From positions 1 to 64,000 of IMG/VR virus record IMGVR_UViG_3300009011_000002: a stretch of 64,000 bases of DNA. One strand, given 5' to 3'. The notes beneath the pieces were generated by a model that did not search any database, was not told the origin of the DNA, and saw only the letters and a program-made list of their open reading frames with translations. Of the stretch, positions 57,277 to 64,000 are shown piece after piece. Every line of letters starts with the position of its first letter. The first letter of the stretch is position 1. Made by a program: the position numbers and the translations under genes.

Positions 57277-57292
57277 AAAAGGGATGCTATAG
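57277..57292 (+). promoter_or_regulatory. candidate late promoter (AGGGATGCTATAG)
   Basis: shares AGGGATGCTAT with 1789-1805. Confidence 0.35.
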
Positions 57293-57347
57293 ACCAACTT
57301 AGTAGAACGGGGATAATGGTGTTCCTGTAGCAGAATAGGGGTTGAAC

Positions 57348-58196
57348 ATGAACTGTGTTGATTACGCCATCAACCGGATTCTGAACGGTTCAGATATCGA
57401 CCAGTACCTTCTGGAACTGGCGTTCAAGAATCCAAACGCAAACTACGCGGGTAACTGGTTTAACCTGGTCAACCAGACCACCGTTGAGCAGGGCATCCGC
57501 GAGAAAGTCATCCACCGCCTGGTACTCCCGGCCTGTAACGTGAGTGGTGGTAAAACCGAGTTCCTGGACTTGTCTGGAGCCACCACCACTGACCTCGGTA
57601 ACGGGTGTATGGAGGTCAACGTACCAGACGTCTCCACCGGAGGTCGGAAGATCATCTCGGTGACGGAAGTGTATCTGGGTGCCATGACTTCGGCCGTCGG
57701 TCAGCTGGGTATGGCGGTCAGTGAGAACACCATGTGTGGGAGCGGTGCTGGTAACGACATGCTCCAGGGTTTGATCGATGGGTTGTCCCCTCAGCGGAAC
57801 TTCCCGTTGACGTTTACCAACTTGCACATGAAGGGTAACAACTGCTTCGTGATCTTTGGTATCCCGAACGGGAACATTTCCCTGTCGGCCAAAGCGGTCA
57901 TGGAGTACGACTCCGGCATGAGCAGCATTTCGCCACGTCACTACGAATACTTTGCCAAACTGGTAGAGCACGCAGTGAAGGCGTATATCTACCGGACTTG
58001 CAAACGCCCAACCAACGAAGCCATCATGCGTTCCGGTGTGAGCCTGAGTGACATCAAGGACGACATTGCGGAATACCGTGATGCGTGGACCAATTACGAG
58101 GAATACCTCAACGACACCTGGCGCCGTTGCATGGCGTGGAGTGACCGTCAGTTGGTGGTGGATACTGTCAACGCGGCTGTTCCTCGTCGCATGTAA
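57348..58196 (+). CDS. conserved phiKZ-like protein, possibly virion-associated
   Basis: 282 aa from ATG 57348 with AGGGG RBS. Confidence 0.65.
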   Translation: MNCVDYAINRILNGSDIDQYLLELAFKNPNANYAGNWFNLVNQTTVEQGIREKVIHRLVLPACNVSGGKTEFLDLSGATTTDLGNGCMEVNVPDVSTGGRKIISVTEVYLGAMTSAVGQLGMAVSENTMCGSGAGNDMLQGLIDGLSPQRNFPLTFTNLHMKGNNCFVIFGIPNGNISLSAKAVMEYDSGMSSISPRHYEYFAKLVEHAVKAYIYRTCKRPTNEAIMRSGVSLSDIKDDIAEYRDAWTNYEEYLNDTWRRCMAWSDRQLVVDTVNAAVPRRM

Positions 58197-58207
58197 CCGG
58201 AGTTCCC

Positions 58208-59578
58208 ATGACAGCCTTTTTCGATCCATTTGAATCAGAGTTCTCGTTGTTTGAAGGCTTGGAAGATCACGGTCCCGGTTGCATCAAGGGTATGCGTGAG
58301 CTTTTCGAAGCCATGGGTGGTATGGAAGCCCTGTTGACGGATGTCAACTTCGAAAGCAACGGTGCGATCCTCCAAGTCTGTGAACGGTTTGGTACCTACC
58401 TGGAGATTACTCCAAAGTGGGCCTTGACCTTGCAGAAGTACGTGTATGCGTTCATCACACGTAAGACCGGTCTGGTCGATTACATGGAGTTCTTCGGTAG
58501 CCCTTACCTCGGACTCCACAAGATCACCTTCACCACCGCTGACCGTAACCAGTGGTTCACGGACATCTTCGACGTGGACGAGGAGGAACTCAAAGAGAAC
58601 CTCCACAACTGCAAAGCGATCAACAAGGATTGGTCGGTGGTCGGCGATGTGTTCAACTTGACGGTTCCGTACCTGCTGTACCGGATCCACAAGTCAACAC
58701 TGGATGCCAAAACCAAGCACCAGGCCATGGTCGACGTGGTGAGCATGTATCACTACAAGTGCTTGACCTCGATCATCCACAACGACTACCCGTTCCAGGC
58801 GCGCCGTGAAGTGGCGATTGAGACCTACAACCGACTGAGTCTGAAGTATGACATCCGCCGGTACGGTTCGTGGAAGAAGCTGATCCAAGCACGGGCTGAG
58901 TACATCCTCGATCCCAAGACGGGGATTCACTACGAAGCCTTCACCAAAATGCAAGACGACAAGAAGATCGTCTACATGGTCGGTGACATCCAGAACCGGT
59001 TGCGTCGTGCGATCAACGACATCAACAAAGTGTTCCACGATGTGAAGAACAAGACGAACATCGTGAAGCTGGACAACGCGAAGGTGAACCTCGGGGACGA
59101 ATTGAGTCTGAAGTCCGTCTCCAAGGAAATCACCCAGTACGCCATGTACCTCGAACGTATCCTGACCGAGCAAACCTCGTTCTACAAAGACGAGTTGGTC
59201 GGGTACGCCAACGAAGCCCTGGAAGGCTCTCCTCGAGATAAACTGGCATTCGTGGTGCAGCGCTTCCCGGCGTTGTACAACAACCCGAAGAAGCCCAAGT
59301 ACAAGGAATTCGCAGATGCGGTCTTGACCCACCTGTTCGAATACCTGCACGCCAACAGCATCCAAAAGACTAACGTCTACGATGTGTTGAACAAGATGCG
59401 GGGTGCGTATGGGGCTCCTCGTAGCAAGAACGACACCGTCAAGGTTATCCGTACTGTGGGGGATGAGTTGGTCAAAGAACTGACCGGCATTAAAACTCCA
59501 CAGAAGGTCCAATTGATTAGGACAGCGCTGAGTTTGTATTTCGTGCTACGGATCCTGTCCAAGGACTATTACGAATAA
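58208..59578 (+). CDS. conserved phiKZ-like virion protein
   Basis: 456 aa, GGAG RBS, N-terminal GLE/GME candidate processing sites. Confidence 0.65.
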   Translation: MTAFFDPFESEFSLFEGLEDHGPGCIKGMRELFEAMGGMEALLTDVNFESNGAILQVCERFGTYLEITPKWALTLQKYVYAFITRKTGLVDYMEFFGSPYLGLHKITFTTADRNQWFTDIFDVDEEELKENLHNCKAINKDWSVVGDVFNLTVPYLLYRIHKSTLDAKTKHQAMVDVVSMYHYKCLTSIIHNDYPFQARREVAIETYNRLSLKYDIRRYGSWKKLIQARAEYILDPKTGIHYEAFTKMQDDKKIVYMVGDIQNRLRRAINDINKVFHDVKNKTNIVKLDNAKVNLGDELSLKSVSKEITQYAMYLERILTEQTSFYKDELVGYANEALEGSPRDKLAFVVQRFPALYNNPKKPKYKEFADAVLTHLFEYLHANSIQKTNVYDVLNKMRGAYGAPRSKNDTVKVIRTVGDELVKELTGIKTPQKVQLIRTALSLYFVLRILSKDYYE

Positions 59579-59614
59579 CTTGGCTTTACCAACTTCCCAA
59601 CGCTTTACACAAGG

Positions 59615-59905
59615 ATGCAACACATGAGCCTCGCCACTCTGAAATTCGCCAACCTCACCCAGAATGCCAACGTTGTCATGGGTCACACCCAATTCGATAT
59701 CAAGGGCCAAGTTGAAAACGTCATCGCCATCTCTCCGGTCGGCGAAAGCGAGTTCACTGACCCCAAGGCCACTCGTTTTTACCTGAGCCCCATGATCGCT
59801 CAGACCGCGTTCGACGACCTGAGTAAGGGCGGTGATGTACTTACCGCGTTCGCTGGCCGTAGCTACGATGAAATGCAGGCTCATCTGCTGAAGAACCAGA
59901 AGTAA
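59615..59905 (+). CDS. small hypothetical protein
   Basis: ~95 aa, AAGGA RBS, biased codons, followed by a terminator. Confidence 0.65.
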   Translation: MQHMSLATLKFANLTQNANVVMGHTQFDIKGQVENVIAISPVGESEFTDPKATRFYLSPMIAQTAFDDLSKGGDVLTAFAGRSYDEMQAHLLKNQK

Positions 59906-59919
59906 CCAGCCGTAGCGTT

Positions 59920-59954
59920 TACTACCCTCTGCCCTTGCGGGGCAGAGGGTAGTA
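59920..59954. terminator. bidirectional intrinsic terminator
   Basis: TACTACCCTCTGCCC/GGGCAGAGGGTAGTA stem. Confidence 0.8.
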
Positions 59955-59959
59955 TTCAC

Positions 59960-62900
59960 TTATGCCGCTCTTCGGTTTTGCAACATCCGCTTGGAACGCT
60001 CGACCTTGGCGTCTGCCAACAGCTGGTCGATGGTCAACAGCTTGTACGTTTCTGGTGGGAGCAGTTTGCTGAGTTTGTAAACCTCGGCTTCCAACCGTAG
60101 CGCCAAGATGTTGTCCCGGGTATTGAGCAACTCTTCGGTGAGTTCGTTGATCCGTTTCTTCAGGTTGTCGACAAACGCCTGAATACTTGGATCGATCTTC
60201 GGTTCTTCCTTGGTCCGACCCATGGTCAGCAGGTTACGCACATCCGACAGCGCAATACCCGTTGGGATACCGTACATCGGTTTGTTTGCCCCCAGCTTGA
60301 TGAACCAGTAAGTCAACAGCCACGCAATAACCAAGTCGTCGTGTTGCTTCGAATCGTGGTCGATGCGGTCGCCTTTAGTCCGCAGGTTGATCAACTCGTC
60401 CGCCAGCTTGTCGTAGGCAATACCGTAACCAGTTACCCCGACCGCTTCTTGCAAGAGGCCGTACAGCACAGCCCGGCTCTTCGACGTCGTGTTGAACCCG
60501 AAGTGTTGCTTGAACTTGAGGTAGAAGTTCTTGTTGCGGTAAGCAAACTTGGTGTTGTTCACTTCCGCATACTCCTTTTCATGGTTCACCGGATCTTGGT
60601 AGATCTGGTTATAAATCCGCGTAAACGGATCCATCCCTTTCATGGGGAGCATGATCAAGAGGTTGTCGATCATGTGGTGAGCATAGTTACGCTCGATGAT
60701 GAGCATGCTGTTTTGCAGCACTTCCAACATGTCCACGATGATCTTCGTTACGTCGTCCAGGAACGCCAATGGATAACGTCCTACCCCAACCACCTTACCG
60801 GTCCGTATACTGCGGATAATCAACGTACAGGCGTCCTTGTTGATTGCCGATGAGGTGTCCACCCCGATGAGGAAGAAGTCGTTATGCTCTTTCTTGCTCA
60901 TCTCCATCAGTTGCTCTTGGGTCACAAAGAAGTCCATGAAGAGCCCACTGTCCCGGTACTCCTTACTCCAGATCTTGTCCCGCTTGATGTTGTTGATGGC
61001 CTCCCGGGTTACGTCGTCGAACACCCGGTTCTCACCGTCCTCCACCCACATGAGCAGCAAGTCGATTTTCGCCTTACTGATACTCAGGTTCAGCAAGTCG
61101 ATGGTTTCTTTCACCCACTCCCTGTCCTTACCGAGCTGCAGGTAGTTATACACCATCGAAACCGCAGGTGCGGTAGTCTTCTTAGGCGAAGCCCTGAGCA
61201 GGCGTTCCTTGAGATGACTTTCGCTGTAGGAGTCGAAGAACTTCTCCCGCCATTCGGTAGCGTCCATCAACTTCTTGAACATGAACTCCCCACTTGGGTG
61301 GAGGGTAGTGTTCGGCGTGGTGATGTGGGCAATACCGTACGGCTTACCTTGCTTACGGGCGTTCTCCATCGCGGTCAGTGCAGAAGGTGCACAACCGTTA
61401 ATGATCTCTTCGATGAAGTTGATGTAACCGCTTTCGTCGTAGATCGTGGTTTCTACCGTGAGACCACGACCCAAGTCACCAGCAGCATCCCGACCCATTT
61501 GCGGCACAGAGATGGTGAGGGTGTTAACGTTCTCATCACCAAAGGCCTTGTAGTTCAGGTAGTTACCGGAGTCCTTGTCTCGCCACGTTGGGTTCACCAA
61601 GTAGTCCGGCATACAGGTCCGGATCTTCTTAACCGCGTCAATGAACTGAGCCCGGTTATCCGACTTCAACGTGATGAGGTGAGACTTGTACCCCCGGCCG
61701 TTGATGTAGGTCAACCAGAAGTTGATAACCTGAACCGACACGGTGTTGTGCGTGACAATGAAGTCATCCGTGATGTACAGCTGTTCTTGGTCATCAACCT
61801 CAATGCACGTCGCGTTGTCGTCGAAGGCATAGTCGATGCGGTTAACGTACAGCTTGTTGGTGAGAGGGATCATCACCGCCTTGCTGTAGAACTTGAACGG
61901 TTGAACGTTGTGTTCCTGGATCGGCAGGGTGATCTTCAGTTCACAACGGTTCTGCTGAGCGGTGCCACCCAGGCTGTTCACCAGGTACTTCACATGACGC
62001 CCTACGGTGACGCTAGGGGCACGATAAACGATTCCCTTCGTCGCACTACCACCTTGGTCCAAAAGACCGTGTAACAGCGCGATGCGGTCTTCCAGAGCAC
62101 CGTCGAGGTACTCATGTGGCAAACCGTGTTTAACGTCGAAGTTAATCTCCGCACCGTTCAGACGGCGAATGATCCGTTGGTCACCTTCACCGATCAGCTC
62201 GTAACCTTCCGGTAGGTGTTCCCGGACGTAGGTGTCTTGAGCAACGCCGTGGCTGGTGTAGTACAACCGACCTTTCGATTGCCAGGCGGTGTACATCAGA
62301 CCCATGATGTACGGATGGATCTTCAGCTTCTTCTTGGGCCCGTCAATGGGTGCTACCAACGGGACTTCGAAACGACGTCTCCCACCCTTCTTGTCCAGTT
62401 CCAACGCCAAACGAGCGGTACTGAAGTCACCGGTGATCCCGTCCTTGTTGTCGAACAAGGTCCACAAGTGTTCAGCCCCCACTTGGGTAATACGGCCGTC
62501 ACTCATGGTGACGTTGTACAGACGCATGACACCTTGTGGATGGATGCCCATCACACGGCTGGTCTTACCATGACGGTTCCAGATCTCGTCGCCAGTACGG
62601 AGTTCGGAGATCTTCTTCCAGCTAACGTTACCGTCTTCACCCACCACAGCCACTTCGTTCTGATCCCACTGCATCTTGCCTTGCTGACGCGGCATGATCA
62701 TGTACGTGGTGATGTGGTTCAGGTAAGTCCAGATGAAACTGATGTTACCCCGGTTGGCCATGAAGTTCAGTTCAGGCTTCAACCGACACACCTCTCGCAG
62801 GAAGTACCAAAAGTTAGCTCGGCATTCTTCTGCAATCCAGGTGCGTTGTTCGTTGGTCAAATCCTCAGCGTAAGGATCCACCCCTTTCAACATAGGGTTG

Positions 62901-63235
62901 TTCAGCTGGAGGAGGAAGTAGTAGTTCTTGATTCCTTGCTTCCGGAAGACTTCGGCTGTCCGGAGGAAACTGGCGTTCTTGGTAGAAAGGTCAGCCGCTG
63001 CTTTGTAGCGAGCAAAGTCTTTCAGGAAACGGACGGTCTTGATACTGCTCAGACTGTCTTCGTTGAAGTGTGCCATGATGAGTTCATCACGGGTACGCTT
63101 GGTGTGATCGATCCGCAACCTGCGATCATCGATCAGCTCGGTTGGAAGATTCTGACAGCCCAGGTAGTCCACCAGGTCCGTCGCGAACTTCAGTACGGGA
63201 TTGTCAGATTCTGAAGTCATGCGTAACTCCGACAA
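59960..63235 (-). CDS. terL: terminase large subunit with class 3 intein
   Basis: Walker A MPRQQGK|T, Walker B IYDE, motif C ITTP, nuclease IGVD and HDDLV. Confidence 0.9.
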   Translation of the reverse strand: MSELRMTSESDNPVLKFATDLVDYLGCQNLPTELIDDRRLRIDHTKRTRDELIMAHFNEDSLSSIKTVRFLKDFARYKAAADLSTKNASFLRTAEVFRKQGIKNYYFLLQLNNPMLKGVDPYAEDLTNEQRTWIAEECRANFWYFLREVCRLKPELNFMANRGNISFIWTYLNHITTYMIMPRQQGKMQWDQNEVAVVGEDGNVSWKKISELRTGDEIWNRHGKTSRVMGIHPQGVMRLYNVTMSDGRITQVGAEHLWTLFDNKDGITGDFSTARLALELDKKGGRRRFEVPLVAPIDGPKKKLKIHPYIMGLMYTAWQSKGRLYYTSHGVAQDTYVREHLPEGYELIGEGDQRIIRRLNGAEINFDVKHGLPHEYLDGALEDRIALLHGLLDQGGSATKGIVYRAPSVTVGRHVKYLVNSLGGTAQQNRCELKITLPIQEHNVQPFKFYSKAVMIPLTNKLYVNRIDYAFDDNATCIEVDDQEQLYITDDFIVTHNTVSVQVINFWLTYINGRGYKSHLITLKSDNRAQFIDAVKKIRTCMPDYLVNPTWRDKDSGNYLNYKAFGDENVNTLTISVPQMGRDAAGDLGRGLTVETTIYDESGYINFIEEIINGCAPSALTAMENARKQGKPYGIAHITTPNTTLHPSGEFMFKKLMDATEWREKFFDSYSESHLKERLLRASPKKTTAPAVSMVYNYLQLGKDREWVKETIDLLNLSISKAKIDLLLMWVEDGENRVFDDVTREAINNIKRDKIWSKEYRDSGLFMDFFVTQEQLMEMSKKEHNDFFLIGVDTSSAINKDACTLIIRSIRTGKVVGVGRYPLAFLDDVTKIIVDMLEVLQNSMLIIERNYAHHMIDNLLIMLPMKGMDPFTRIYNQIYQDPVNHEKEYAEVNNTKFAYRNKNFYLKFKQHFGFNTTSKSRAVLYGLLQEAVGVTGYGIAYDKLADELINLRTKGDRIDHDSKQHDDLVIAWLLTYWFIKLGANKPMYGIPTGIALSDVRNLLTMGRTKEEPKIDPSIQAFVDNLKKRINELTEELLNTRDNILALRLEAEVYKLSKLLPPETYKLLTIDQLLADAKVERSKRMLQNRRAA
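61745..62674 (-). mobile_element. class 3 intein (310 aa) starting with Met, degenerate LAGLIDADG domain
   Basis: GK|MQWDQ..., block B GAEHLW, block F ATCIEV, ends IVTHN/T; LHGLLDQGG. Confidence 0.9.
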
Positions 63236-63252
63236 AAGCGGAATGATGAAAA

Positions 63253-63281
63253 GGTAGCCTAGGCCACTGGCCTAGGCTACC
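63253..63281 (-). terminator. intrinsic terminator
   Basis: GGTAGCCTAGGCCA/TGGCCTAGGCTACC stem followed by TTTT on the minus strand. Confidence 0.7.
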
Positions 63282-63291
63282 CAAGGGGGTG

Positions 63292-63516
63292 TTACTCGCT
63301 CGCTTCGTCAGCGTCACTGATATCAGTGATCTCGGCACAGTCCTTACGGCGCTCGTAAGTCAAGACGCCGAGGTCGTCGTAGATGTGAACGTCGCGGTGC
63401 TCACCGTTCTGGAGTACAAACTCCTCGCGGGTTTCCTGCGTTGCTACGTTGTACATACGCACGACAACTTCTTTGTCATCGCTGCAATGCGCTTGAACTT
63501 TTACGGCTGAGGTCAT
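63292..63516 (-). CDS. hypothetical protein
   Basis: 74 aa, AGGAG RBS. Confidence 0.65.
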   Translation of the reverse strand: MTSAVKVQAHCSDDKEVVVRMYNVATQETREEFVLQNGEHRDVHIYDDLGVLTYERRKDCAEITDISDADEASE

Positions 63517-63580
63517 ACGCTTCTCCTACGTTAAAGACAGAGCAGCCGGGTCGTAACCCGGGCTGCCCCCACTGTAGAAT

Positions 63581-64000
63581 TTAAACCTCTACAGTGACAC
63601 CTGTGGTAGCCAGCTGAAGTTCAGTGCCATTGGCCGCTTTATTTACCCAGTTGATATACCACGTTTTACCTTTCTGCAACTCGATGTTGATCGGGTTGTT
63701 CTTGTTCCAGTCGGCGATCGCAAAGCGCCAGCGACGACCATCTTCGTGCATAAAGTCGAAGTGGGTCGGGTTTGGAGCTTTGTCTTCGTCGTAGGTGTCG
63801 TAGCTCGGGTTGACCTTCCAGAACAGCGCATCCAGCCACGCTGCTTGGTTGGCCATGCCGTTGGTGAGGTTGAAGGTAGACGACGTACCATTGTTGACAG
63901 CCTTGACGGTGAGTGCGTCGTAGGCAGCCTTGGCAGCATCGAAACCAACCGTCCAGCGGGTACCTGGGCCGTTGACATCTTTGTTCAGGATGATCTCCGT
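63581..64000 (-). CDS. 3' part of a beta-rich, probably structural protein (starts beyond the window)
   Basis: frame is open from the window end (TEIILNKDVNGPG...) to the stop at 63581; hairpin follows at ~63543-63566. Confidence 0.65.
   Translation of the reverse strand, partial: TEIILNKDVNGPGTRWTVGFDAAKAAYDALTVKAVNNGTSSTFNLTNGMANQAAWLDALFWKVNPSYDTYDEDKAPNPTHFDFMHEDGRRWRFAIADWNKNNPINIELQKGKTWYINWVNKAANGTELQLATTGVTVEV

Noticed and set aside
1-64000. tRNA/rRNA genes, group I introns, alternative genetic code
   Set aside because: No cloverleaf or intron-like interruptions seen by eye; long ORFs are intact under the standard code and all three stops are used

Overview
A 64-kb core segment of a nucleus-forming phiKZ/EL-like jumbo phage (Chimalliviridae). 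Calls rest on protein motifs I recognise plus synteny with phiKZ-type genomes; no database search was run, so phiKZ gp numbers are inferences. Left part (1-16 kb): internal-head/ejection proteins carrying G-x-E (often AGNE) prohead-protease sites, a baseplate wedge-like gene and a HExxH membrane protein. Middle: the exonuclease half of a split PolB, a tail-chaperone-like pair, the virion RNAP beta'-C piece, an SF2 helicase with a class 3 intein, non-virion RNAP subunits, the sigma-like/PicA/ChmC block, SbcD and chimallin. Right: the catalytic PolB half, PhuZ tubulin, an HslV-like Ntn hydrolase and the terminase large subunit with a second class 3 intein. Best new leads: (i) a T-TTT-TTT slippery site whose -1 frame runs open into the next gene (lambda G/GT-type chaperone frameshift); (ii) a ~480-nt structured non-coding cassette between the HslV-like gene and phuZ, with tandem UGCUGUGCC repeats, two terminators and 13-nt complementarity to the HslV-like 5' leader; (iii) an origin-like AT-rich core flanked by inverted repeats at 56.8-57.0 kb; (iv) an M48-like membrane metalloprotease in the virion cluster; (v) a prion-like Met/Gly/Pro/Gln tail on the gene next to PicA.
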